Of a stretch of DNA of 55,831 nucleotides, positions 26,801-37,113 are shown one piece after another. The translations under genes and the position numbers were made by a program. Under the pieces are notes generated by a model, which was not told the origin of the DNA, searched no databases, and worked only from the letters and a program-made list of their open reading frames with translations. Every line of letters starts with the position of its first letter. Positions within the stretch are counted from its first letter, which is position 1. Source of the stretch: Phoronis australis. Taxonomy: Eukaryota > Animalia > Phoronida. The stretch is from the NCBI GenBank assembly GCA_002633005.1, contig NMRA01000255.1, positions 1-55,831 on the forward strand. Direction: 5' to 3'.

Positions 26801-29800
26801 TCGTTTAGCGATTAATAAGGTTGTCATTTTCACTTTGGCTGTCTTAATACCATAAAAAGAAGAAGCACATCAGGGCTTGGAATGACCAATGACAAAAAAC
26901 GCGGAAACTTTTACGGCCCAAAACATGCGCGCTACTCAGCCTTGAAATGGTCGATGTGAACCTTTCCCCGACAAAAATCGGGAAGACTAAAAAAGAAAAA
27001 AAAAACGTTACCACCATCAGTAGCATGCGTCTGCGTCCTTTTAGCTCGTCCGTCCGCTCCCAACCCACACATTTTTGGCTGCAGAGCCGTAGTATTTGTC
27101 GCCGCGGTTTACAATAACACGAGATGCCATTGAAAATCCCACCACGCTATCCCAGATGCCCTGGCAATGTTGACAATTTACGTTCCTCCAAAACATAAAG
27201 AGCAACTTCCGCTTTTCGAGGTGAACGTCGTCTGCAACGCCACGGTAAGAAGGGAATTTGCCGTGGAAATTTTATATCAAATTCGATTTTTTTTACGCGG
27301 AAATATAACAAAATGCGCGGAAAATTCCAAGCCCTGGCACATCTCAGTCTAAATCATGATTGCCTGCCGGGACCGCTTGCACGCTAACGGTGCCGCAGTG
27401 CGATATCAGGGATATTGTCGTGGATATTTGGGAAATGTAATAAGGACATTTTATGTGAAAAATAAACATTTTTGTCCACCACAAAGTTTGGTAAGTTGAT
27501 CGCTTAAGAATTAGTAGAAACACCGTTGTTTTGTGAAATTTTATCACCTGTTAAGCAGTGGTCTGAAACTTTTTTTTATAAACCTCACAAATCATTGAAA
27601 TGTAGAGTACGTACCCCTGTGTAATGTACGTACCCCTGTGCAGTGTATGTACCTTCAACCTCTATGCTATAAAGTATTGCCCACAAGTATGTTAACTTTA
27701 CATACTGCTGTTCTCATGAACAATACCGATATTTCCAAAATGCATCCAGTCTGACCCCCCCAACCGGTACCATTTTTTACTTTTTACAAGTGGAACACTG
27801 GGCCTAGCATTGCTTTAACTATTTTGACCAACTGGTGAATGTATTGAAAACTAGGCAAATAGCACCAACAAAGTTTTTTAAAAAAGTAGTTATTTGTCAT
27901 TTTCTTTTTGTAAGGATCATATTGCAAGGGAGGAAGTTCTCAATATACTTTGTTAAGATATGCAATGTATCATCATCTAGAACAACTTGATCAGCATGGT
28001 AATAACTTTTCTTACTTTAGTATGTAATACTTCTTCAATTTGATAAATAACTTGTTAAATTAAAAGCTACCTTATGAATTTTTGCATGGTAGAAGTTGGC
28101 TTTGACCACAAGTTGTAGTGTATGTTATGTACCCTTTTGTACAACTGTGATGCATTAGGCCATAAAATTTTGTTCGGTGGTTCTTGTGCAAAAATATTTT
28201 AGATTAAAAACCTGGAATGAAGGTACTTTGAAATAACCCAGCTTTTACAGTTATATGACAACCATCATTTGTCACCAAAAGTGGCCACCGAATATGCCGG
28301 ACCTTGATTGTGATTTGCCCGCAAATCCAAATGTTATTTGGTGTTAACCTTATTGTTGAACCGTCAACGCTGCACGTAGTAACATAGATTTGATATTTTA
28401 GCCAGGCTTAAGTGTAATTTGTAAATAATCTCTCAGCATACAGAAGATTAAGACATGACGTAGTATAACTTCTAAGACAAAGTCACTAAAAAGTCATCAC
28501 CTCTGTTGGCCCGAACCAGAGGCGATTCAGAGGCTATAGGCGCTCTGTACGCCGGAAGCTTTTCGGCAAATTATGCCTCGCAACGACTAAACCATCAAAG
28601 TCACGTTGTTATAAATACCTTTTGCACATAGAGGAACACCTTAGGAGGTTGTCAATGTGTTTAATTCCTTCCAACTCGAACAAATACTCCCGTTATGAAA
28701 CCTTTTCTTCGAGCAGTCCCTATTTCAGTTCCCAAAATCGTGAAATCAACATTTTCATTTTTTAACCAGGCCGAAGGTCAGAAGTTGCGGACCTACCGGC
28801 GAACTTTGAAAGCTGAAGTTCCCGCCCTTTACGTACGTGCTGCCGGGAACCAGCCGTGCATTTGCCGTGTTGTTAAACATTAAAATGTCAAATATGTGCA
28901 CAAAGACTATTAAATGTCATATCAACAGCATTTATTTTTATCAAATACAAACAATAATTCATTGAAATACAATCAGTTTCAAGTAACGCCAATTAAAGAC
29001 AAGTATAAGTGGTAGCATTTTGGAAACGAACATTTGACTGACAAGACCGCAATGGCTCACCTTTGGCCTATTTAAAGATTGAGGTCATGAANNNNNNNNN
29101 CAGGGCTCAACACTAACGGTTGCCCGATTGCCCGTGTACATGTAGATTTTGCGTTGGGCAAGTGGAATTTGAAAAATACTTGCCCGATGGGCAAGTTAAA
29201 AAGCTAGCCGCATAGGTAAGTAGATCCTAAGATTGTCTGCTCGACATTTGCTCCAAAGTAACGAACCCCGACACAAGCCTAAAAACCGTCGAAAAAGCCC
29301 CTGTGGCCGTCAAAGAAACTCCCGTCTTCGAATGAGCACCGAAAGGAAAATAGAACGAGTGTGATGCAGCGTGCACAGATGACGCTCGCGGTCAAATCCT
29401 TTCGATTCTCTGAACGTGCCCTGCAGTTTCTGAATAAGTTGTCACGTGATACTACTGATCGTCTGCACTCTGGCAAAACGTCTAAACATGGAAGCCGTCC
29501 AGTCCTGGACGGCATTGGTTTAGTTGCTAAAAACGAGTTCAGGAAGAATCAACGCAATAATATGAAACGAAAAGAGTGCGGGGATGGGTTCCGTCATGGG
29601 AAATTAGGTTTTCTGGCCTGCGAGACAGTGAACAAGGGATGACGTTTGATTTTTGCTGGCGTTTACCCATGTACAGCTGGAAGCACCGCGTTCGTCAGCG
29701 GATGTAAGTCATACAGATAAGCGCAAAAGCTAAAAAGTGAATGATGGATGGCATATTTTCTACACTATACAGCAGTTTAAAAGGCCTGCTATTTATTCAG

Positions 29801-30747
29801 GGGGAATTCCAAAGGACTTTCTTATGAATTCCCGGCTCCCGGTGGCGACTCCCGAAAGAAGAGGAATACATGTACGGTCTTCGGGATTGCCGCTCTGAAG
29901 TCTGAAGGGTGACATTTTCGCGGTCTATCTATTTTTTCAAAAATGTAATTATTTATTGAAAATAAAAGTATATGTGGCATTATTATATGCTAAAATTTGA
30001 TTTTAATTTAATACAAGCTACCGATGACCAAAACTGTGCAGATTTTTACGGATAGCAAAAAATGAAATTCAGGTTAGCAACAACTCATGTTTAATGCATG
30101 AGGGCGTATAAACTAATGAACACACAGAAGTGTCTAGAGTTCATGCCCTAGCTCATTTCGGCGCCTGTGAACGTGTGACAGTGGTTCAGATACCATAGTT
30201 ACTCTTCTAATTTGTCTCTCTAGTTTTGACACACCTTATAAATAAAAGTTATATAAGAAGAATCGTTGAAAAAATACCAACTCATGTATATAGCGTGCAC
30301 AACACAAGAGGAGGCTCAGCACAGGCAGCCCTACGGTAACACATTACCTAGGTGTGCACATGCACGGTGCTATTTGGGATTGTACTTGGGGCAAGTGAAT
30401 TCGTTGATCGGGCAAGTAAAAATTTCAACTACTTAAAAAGTTAAGGTTGAGCCCTGTCAGGTGTTCCTCTATGCGCAAAAGGTATTTATAACAACGTGAC
30501 TTTGATGGTTTAGTCGGTGCGAGGCATAATTCGCCGAAAAGCTCCCGCGTACAGAGCGCCTATAGCCTCTGCATCGCCTCTGGTTCGGGCCAACAGAGGC
30601 GATGGTCATTGCCTATGATGACGTCTGACGATATGATCGCTCAGTAAATACCGTTTTTGTTTGATGCAGTGTTTCTTTACACATCGCGTCGGTTAAACGT
30701 TCTCTCTCTTCGTGATACCGTCGCTGTTGCTCCAGTAAAGTTTCCAT
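11472..30747 (-). CDS. SF3A3: Splicing factor 3A subunit 3 (SF3a60/Prp9), full gene span; 15 coding exons, 1509 nt, 502 aa
   Basis: Exons joined by GT-AG introns keep frame from [18 protein letters not shown] to [12 protein letters not shown]. The protein includes [24 protein letters not shown] and the matrin-type zinc finger [24 protein letters not shown]. Confidence 0.98.
11815..11870 (-). CDS. SF3A3: SF3A3 exon 14 (56 nt)
   Basis: ttgcag|(L)[18 protein letters not shown]|gtttgt. Confidence 0.93.
12451..12541 (-). CDS. SF3A3: SF3A3 exon 13 (91 nt)
   Basis: tttcag|[30 protein letters not shown]|gtaagt. Confidence 0.96.
14277..14834 (+). mobile_element. Probable solo LTR (Gypsy-like); 5' boundary uncertain
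   Basis: TGT...TAACA ends, TATAAATA at 14456 and AATAAA at 14764. The block is foreign to the surrounding tandem units. No clear TSD was found. Confidence 0.55.
14305..14463 (+). promoter_or_regulatory. Cluster of heat-shock elements (nGAAn inverted arrays) upstream of a TATA box
   Basis: GAActTTCtaGAA (14305-14317), GAAtaTTC (14350-14357), TTCagGAAagTTCtaGAA (14395-14412), TTCcaGAA (14435-14442), then TATAAATA (14456). Confidence 0.6.
15304..15414 (-). CDS. SF3A3: SF3A3 exon 12 (111 nt)
   Basis: ttccag|[37 protein letters not shown]|gtaagt. Confidence 0.97.
16183..16417 (-). CDS. SF3A3: SF3A3 exon 11 (235 nt)
   Basis: gtgtag|[16 protein letters not shown]...[14 protein letters not shown]|gtacgt. 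Confidence 0.96.
16908..17018 (-). CDS. SF3A3: SF3A3 exon 10 (111 nt)
   Basis: ttgtag|[36 protein letters not shown]|gtgagt. Confidence 0.96.
17442..17578 (-). CDS. SF3A3: SF3A3 exon 9 (137 nt)
   Basis: ttgcag|[46 protein letters not shown]|gtaggt. Confidence 0.96.
17885..18023 (-). CDS. SF3A3: SF3A3 exon 8 (139 nt)
   Basis: ctgctag|[19 protein letters not shown]...[11 protein letters not shown]|gtaagc. Confidence 0.95.
18524..20103. mobile_element. 1.6-kb TIR DNA transposon derivative in SF3A3 intron 7 (Sola1-like)
   Basis: About 35-bp TIR GTGACCCACCAC(C/G)ACAAAATGAGTCTTAAGTCGG, flanked by ATAT on both sides. A decayed acidic/Cys-containing reading frame lies on the minus strand at about 19200-19550. 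The superfamily is inferred from the AWWT flank. Confidence 0.75.
20247..20329 (-). CDS. SF3A3: SF3A3 exon 7 (83 nt)
   Basis: tcacag|[27 protein letters not shown]|gtaagt. Confidence 0.96.
20490..20581 (-). CDS. SF3A3: SF3A3 exon 6 (92 nt)
   Basis: gtgtag|(N)[30 protein letters not shown]|gtgagt. Confidence 0.96.
21044..21116 (-). CDS. SF3A3: SF3A3 exon 5 (73 nt)
   Basis: ttgcag|[24 protein letters not shown]|gtaagt. Confidence 0.96.
21630..21735 (-). CDS. SF3A3: SF3A3 exon 4 (106 nt)
   Basis: ttcag|[35 protein letters not shown]|gtaagt. Confidence 0.96.
21918..22140 (+). mobile_element. Second copy of the same Kolobok-like terminal fragment (SF3A3 intron 3)
   Basis: TTAA|AGTGGAACTTGCAC start, about 220 bp of similarity to 5935-6153. 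Confidence 0.6.
22679..22731 (-). CDS. SF3A3: SF3A3 exon 3 (53 nt)
   Basis: ttttcag|[18 protein letters not shown]|gtgagt. Confidence 0.93.
23648..23695 (-). CDS. SF3A3: SF3A3 exon 2 (48 nt)
   Basis: tttccag|[16 protein letters not shown]|gtaagt. Confidence 0.93.
23790..23859. repeat. (GT)n microsatellite
   Basis: Directly visible, with one N inside. Confidence 0.95.
24504..28316. mobile_element. Possible 3.8-kb TIR-bounded element in SF3A3 intron 1
   Basis: Perfect 17-bp inverted repeat AAATCACAATCAAGGTC (24504-24520) / GACCTTGATTGTGATTT (28300-28316). No TSD or transposase was seen. Confidence 0.4.
29092..29100. other. Small assembly gap (9 N)
   Basis: Run of N. Confidence 1.
29101..30456. 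mobile_element. hAT-like non-autonomous element in SF3A3 intron 1
   Basis: TIR CAGGGCTCAAC..TAAC / GTTA..GTTGAGCCCTG with subterminal TTGCCC/GGGCAA repeats. The left TSD is hidden by the N gap. Confidence 0.75.
30652..30747 (-). CDS. SF3A3: SF3A3 exon 1 (96 nt)
   Basis: [32 protein letters not shown], followed by donor GTATTT. Confidence 0.95.
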
Positions 30748-30818
30748 GTTTACTCGTAGCAGAAACCCGCTATTACAATAAACAGCAATAAAAATCACCG
30801 GCTAAACGTCGAATCTCA

Positions 30819-30827
30819 AAAATGGCG
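30819..30827. promoter_or_regulatory. YY1-type motif (AAAATGGCG/CGCCATTTT) about 70 nt upstream of the SF3A3 ATG
   Basis: Motif match in a CpG-rich, start-proximal position typical of housekeeping genes; motif only. Confidence 0.4.
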
Positions 30828-31215
30828 TGCAATGTGCCAGGATAATAGTAAAATTAAAACTTCTGACAATAGGCGGCGCCGCTGCATGTGTCTCGTGCCT
30901 TGTTCAGATAACGTCTTTGTGTTTTTCATAGACATACATTGTTTTCATAACTATGGCATTATCACAATATATCCACGCATATATGATATTACACTGTGCT
31001 GTTGCATGCTCTTGCTCGACTTATTGACTCTCTGGAGTTTTCCGAAAGAGATTCCACCCATTACGGGGATCCTTACGAAAAAATGGTGGACCAAAAAGCC
31101 CTCATGGGAATTTTTCTCGGGATCGTTTGTCGCATGCCTGTCGTAGGACAAATTTATAAAAATGAGCCAAGATATGGTTATATTCTCTATTTGGGTCCTA
31201 AAATGACCATTAAAA

Positions 31216-31770
31216 ATTTATTTATTCATTTATTGTCAGTGATATTTACAATAAGGGTAATCCCACCAGTCTCAAAGTTTCACTGCTTTCCATGTGACTG
31301 GCTCCAAAAACATACAAAGACAGTGAGACACAAATAGACTTATAGAAATAAAAGACAAGACTTTAATGATCAATGATGAATATGAAACTGTCATGGAAAG
31401 ACTGATGAAACAGAACAATAATAAACAAACAATAAATAGAATATTAAAAGTACAAGACAATGTGATTACATAAAAATAAATAATAAATAGTAGTTAATAA
31501 AACTACAAGACATCATGTACGTAGATGAATAAAATACATAGGTTGCTATTAATATATTGAATGCATGATATTTGATGCACAGAACACTTCTAATTAAATT
31601 GACTGCTGATAGTGTTTTTAAAACTGCAGATTCGGCATCGGAGGGGAGAGTGCTCCATAAATAAGCGCCGTTGTAAGTAAATTATTTTTTACCACTTTCA
31701 TTTCTGGCTTTCGACAAATTAAAATTGGATGACTGTGAGGCCCTTGTGTTATAGTTCAAGTTTATTCGGC
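31216..31770 (-). mobile_element. 5'-truncated L2/CR1-group LINE 3' end
   Basis: The minus frame reads NYNTRASQSSNFNLSKARNESGKK*FTYNGAYLWSTLP, the 'YNTR..GK..F.Y.G..LW.LP' ORF2 C-terminus. It is followed by an AT-rich UTR and an (AATA)n tail. Confidence 0.7.
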
Positions 31771-33971
31771 GGAGGCGTTGGCGGACTACTCTTCGCCCCC
31801 AATTGAAAGAGTACTCAGATCAGACAATGGTACCAGTTGCGATCTTTTATATACTACAGGACAGCTCGCTTTGTAAAAATCGACGTTTTTGAGGCTTAAA
31901 TCCACTGGTTTGATATGAACCCAAACCGCGCGGGCGAAGTGAAATCCGCCGGACTGGTATTTCAAGTGCGTCGCGGTGCCGATGTTTCTTTCACTCCCCT
32001 TGACAGTATAGGTAATCGTTCAACCTTTGACCAAAAAGCCCGAAACGAGCCTATATTCTGCTGGCACTCAGTTCAACGCGAATGTACCCTGACCATGTCT
32101 AAGAGCATTTAAACGGAAGCCCACGTGCATTTTACAATAGAGACTTGATTTTAAATCAGTCTTTATCATCTGTGATAACGAAAAGTGAACTCAAATTAAG
32201 AGACCTCTTTCAGAAATCCCTCCCTGTACCACTGTCCTTTAACAATGGGGTTTTAATATCCTTTTTTCTACATGATTTCGTGAAATCCCACTGCGCTCTC
32301 ATTTATGTTTGGTCAGCCGTCATGATGACTGAGTGGTTCATGTATTTTCATTATCCTACCGAGGAGAAATGCAGTCAGTGTCCATTATCGTGAAATTTTC
32401 TTTTCCAAAACAGAATTATTTGCACTTAACACATATTTATACAGAATACGCGGGTAACGTGGCAAGACTCCATCCTCAAGTTTAAGGCCAATTGATTTTC
32501 GATACTTTTGACAGGTTTAAGAATCGATTTTCCGTAGATCAGTGGTGCGCACAAATTTTGCACCGGAAGTCACGATGGATAAGACCATAAGCATAGGAAG
32601 CGGAGGGTATAAGCTTCTGCTCACCTCACGTTTCCGTTTATAATAACACACAAGTAGTAAAAGGTAATGCACCATGATGATTTTGTTATTTATAGATTCG
32701 CGGAGCCTAAAATATCTTCAAAGCTACTGAGTGAAGAGTTCTTTGGAGACGTCACGTTTTGGGTGTTGTGAGAAATTTTGGCAACGAAATTGTCACGAAA
32801 AAGACCACTGAAATTCAATATTTTAAAGTTAAATCATATTAATTGTCCTGCTCATTTTGTAGTCCAGGGTCCAAGTCATCTTTGAATTATGGGGGGACGA
32901 GCGTTAAAAGGTTTTCTTCTTTACCGGTCGCCACTAGTTTGTTTCGCCCTCACCCGGTCCCCACCACTTTCTCCCCAACGTTGCCAAACCTTATGATCAC
33001 AATAGCCATCAATACCTATCCCAGGCCATGACAAAATCTACTAACTTCCCTACAAGTGATTTTTCCAAAATTGTTCTCCCTATTGTCGCATTTTGTGGCT
33101 CATTGTACTAACCTGTTTTTATCTCATTGGATGCCGAAAATGCACTCGTCCAAAGAACCACATGCGTAGTGGATTGCAGTTTCTGTATAAGCACCCAACC
33201 GTTTCCGAAAAAGACCCCCTGGGGAAATACTTGAATTGTGGTCACCTTTGTGCCCGCCGTAAATTTCCCCAAATTTTCTCTTCGCTATTCAAAAACATTA
33301 CAAATACAATTGATGTGGGTAACTAAATAAGTGGTCGTCAAATACAAGAACCTCTATAAAAATGGACTCCCAACAAGATAAGGCGTAAATTCTCTCATGA
33401 TTTATTAAATAAAACGGGTGCGTTTAATGGTTAAACACAATTTAATATATCCTATAGCATCAAAACAAATTAAAACATCTCCAAAATGGCTCTGTGAGGC
33501 TAAGCGACAGCAAACATCACACGAAATGGAGAATCGTCATGTGTACCTAAAGCTACCCAGTGCACATAACTGGTAGAAATAATGACAGGCGCACTACTTT
33601 CTAACAAAGATTTACACGTTCAAAGATGAGAATGTAGTTATGAATAGGCTTGACTTGCTGCTTGGTTGGGGTAAGGCACCTCGCCTAGCCTAGTCTTGGT
33701 GTAGCAAGGTCAGCCTGAGTAAACGCCATTCCCAGGGAACGTTTAAGGAGGAACAGTTCGAGTACCGTTTGGATGTGCTTCGTGCAACTAATAGCAATCG
33801 TGTATTGCGCTGAGTACACGCAGCAAATATTACGCACGGGTGTAAAACATTTCGAAAGATTTTTGACGCGAAGTTCGCCACAGCAAATACGACGGAAANN
33901 CCCCCCCCCCTCTCCACACACGGAGCATATTTGGACCAGCGCACTTAACGCGCGTGCTTTATCTTTCTATG

Positions 33972-34199
33972 CAGAGGCGGATCTACCGAGAGGGGTTCAT
34001 GGGGTTCATACCCCCCATTGGGACAGCTTCAAAAATAAAAAATAAAAAACAATGTCGCCAGAAAACGAAATGAACTACTAACATCAAAAAATTCTCACAC
34101 GGGGGGAAACCCCCTCCCGACCTTCCTTCCGCTCGGCGCTACGCGCCTCGGATTCCCGCAAATCCTACCCCCCTTGTTGAAAACGTAGATCTGCCACTG
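33972..34199. mobile_element. Small MITE
   Basis: TIR CAG(A/T)GGC(G/A)GATCTAC with G/C-run interior; TSD not clear. Confidence 0.65.
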
Positions 34200-35975
34200 C
34201 TGTGGGGTGGGCTTCATTGATACCTAGCAAGGCAAATCATTAATAAAGCCCTGTACTTCCACCACACTGCATGCCACTACTTTTACAGTGTTTTGTAAAT
34301 ATGTTTAGAAAAACGTTTTAACTGGACACTTCTCTTACAGCTGGGCTCAAATTGAACACAGGTAATCAATCCGCGGAAAACACCGACACAGTCTTTAATT
34401 CGTCTTCGCATCAGTTTTTTTTTTTTGAAAATCCCTTATTATCCGCGCTGATTGCGTTTGGTGGCAAAACTTGGTAAGAACCCTATTTGCAATAACTGTA
34501 GTATTTTTGTAACTTCTACGCTATTCAAAACAACCTGCGGGACTCCTGGAGTAAAAACACACTCCTATTTTGTCGTAAAACCATATCTTTAGGATACCGT
34601 GTATAAAGGTTTGTGTTCTTTCATCAGAGACTACCTTATTTAAAGCTTAACAGAACAACCAGTGCCATCCTTACCACAGGGACCCCACGCAGATCCATAT
34701 CACAGTAAAAAAGTCAAATGATACAACTCTTACCGGCTATGTAAAAATGCTCAACCTGCGTGATCGGAGCATCCAGGTAATTCACTGAATAAAAGACCCT
34801 TATATGCTAGCATTCAAATACATGTAGTTAGGACATAATCTGTATGGGAACAACTACCACACTGAATTCACTAATGAACAAACAAGTAAGTTAAAACAAA
34901 AGGCGTGCCCACACAAAACGAGACCCCACGCCTTAAACTCTCAAGATTCTACAAAGTTTTGTCGTGACGTGTAAGAAACGTGTGACGTCATTTTTACTTT
35001 AAGAGTTCTATCGCTCAAAATTGTTCCAAAGGTTCATATTCCTTCATCTGTCATACCGAAATGTTGAATGCTCTGAGATTGTGGCAATTTCGTAACGCAG
35101 TTATGAATTTGAAATCCTTCTCCTACAAATGCATTTCCATATATTTGTTTGCACTAGTAGTGTGGAAGAGAAAGACGCCGAAAGGGTCCAGGCCTTTGGG
35201 CGGAGGACGTGCAAAGGCGCTTTTGGGGGCTCCAAAACACTTTTTGAGCGCCATGTACCACGTTTGGTTGCGCCGAAAATCCGTTCTTGCCGTATATTGT
35301 AAATTTTTAAACGGAAGGGGAACATGCGCATTCATCCACTTGGCCCCCTAGCTAATGGATTCTACACAGCCACCGTTTGTTCTTGTGTGAGACGCTCCTG
35401 ACTGAACGTTTTACAATGACGCTCCGAAAGTTACGTTGGTTTGAATGTTTTGAAAGAAATAATTTCGAGGAAAGTTAATACAGTGAATGTAACTTTTTTG
35501 ACTTGGAACGTTTTCCTTCATGAGATTGGACGATAGGAATATTCCAAATGTCTAAACACTGGATTTTTGTGTTACACGACGTTTAAATTGTCTGTCGTTC
35601 GTGTGTGTAGAAATTGAAATTTCAGAACTCTATTGACTTTGATTCTATCATTAAGCGATTATGTGAAAAGAAAGTTAACAAGTGGTTGCGTTGAATACTT
35701 AAAGGAATATTAGGCCCTACAACGGTTGGTCAAATGTACCCAAATTCGATTTAAGTAAGACAAAATAAGAATCAGGTCGTTTAATCAGTCAAAAGTAACA
35801 ACATGAATATGAAGCATGAAACCAGAATGTCTCGAAAATGAATCTAAACAATTGATTTGCCATTTACTAAAACAGAAATAAAAGTAGACCTAGTTAACAA
35901 AATACTCTTCGATGTATGGCTGAATATGCCTTAAAAGCAAAGTTAGTTAACATGTGTGACTTTTGCATGCGTGGT

Positions 35976-36361
35976 CCAACGTCCCAACAGCTTCGATGTA
36001 CTGGGATATGTAGGTCGAATTATGGAAAAAGAAAAAAGTCAAATTAACGTGAGCAGCACAATTAACATACCAAAGCAACCCTCACGCAACGCCGAAAAAA
36101 CTGTAGTCGAGCACGTGAGTTCCTGTGCATAGCTAAACTTGACGAATACGGACAACACTGAGCAGAATGCAGACGAAGAGATGGTGCAAGCAACTTAGTC
36201 GCCATTTCGAGCATGGTCGTATGACACGCTTCAAGTTTTCGGCGAGAAAATTGCTTTCAGAAGACATCGCCATGTGCCTGGCAAAAGAGTTCCAGCGTAA
36301 CAAAATATGGCCTGAAAATCTTTTGAACAAGTGCACGACCGTCAACGTACCCATTTTCCAT
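35976..36361 (-). pseudogene. Truncated, disabled duplicate of the 5' part of the gustatory-receptor-like gene
   Basis: Near-identical to 47917-48301. It has one extra base near 36270 (frameshift), TGG>TAG at 36133-36135, and homology stops at 35976. Confidence 0.9.
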
Positions 36362-36369
36362 GGTCTTAA

Positions 36370-36605
36370 AGAGTTCCCACCATGACCCTGTGTCTCAAAA
36401 AGGAATTTTATTATTACATCTTAACAGATTTAATAGCCTTTAGTACACCTGTTGCTATGAAACAATCTAAAAATTTTAAAAATATATTTTTCTGTTACCG
36501 AGTTTGTACGCAATGGGTGGAAGACCGCCTCAGCCGTTGTTGTTTTACCAGTGCGATACTGAGGAGTCGTGAAGAAAGTCCGCGTGGAGCCGTCTTTTTN
36601 GGGGG

Positions 36606-36636
<31 letters not shown>

Positions 36637-37113
36637 CCCACTTACCCATGATTGTGCGCCGAACAAGAGTCTGGAGTGTCAGTGTGGAACATGAGATTCA
36701 GTTTGGCGTAAGCCACACTTTGATCGGAACATTTCAAAGAATCGTGTTTCGACCACACACATAAGCGGCGTTACAATGAAGGACTCACCACCAAGTAAGT
36801 GCATTTGCAAATTTTGTAAATAACGAACAAACTGCTTCCATTCTAGGGCGAGTGATGCCGGCCGAGATCGAGTGCTACTACAAGTAGGCTTATGCATATT
36901 GTGTTTAGACTGTGCTCATTCCATCACGGCCAACCGTCTTCCACCCATTGCATCATTTGGCGGGAAACTTAGAAATAAGTAATTTTTCTTCAAAATTAAA
37001 AAAGTTGCCACTATTTGGCATAAAAAGTGCCTATTTAGCAAGATTTTATGGTATTCGCTTCATATTAGCTAACTGAAACCTGAAAAAGTAAGAAAATGCA
37101 TGGTGGGAACGCT
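36370..37113. mobile_element. Kolobok-like non-autonomous DNA transposon
   Basis: TTAA target duplication (36366-36369 / 37114-37117) and TIR AG(A/C)GTTCCCACCATG. The empty site cTTAAagaaatc is seen in copy B at 48306. Confidence 0.85.

Larger units (their letters stand above)
28495..30604. repeat. About 147-bp long inverted repeat (28495-28641 / 30459-30604)
   Basis: The arms are reverse complements with only a handful of differences. Each outer end contains the hairpin CATCGCCTCTG-N11-CAGAGGCGATG (imperfect in the left arm). Confidence 0.9.

Noticed and set aside
36600-36628. Poly-G tract as a functional G-quadruplex
   Set aside because: It lies inside a transposon next to an N, and such G-runs are common in these elements and prone to sequencing error.
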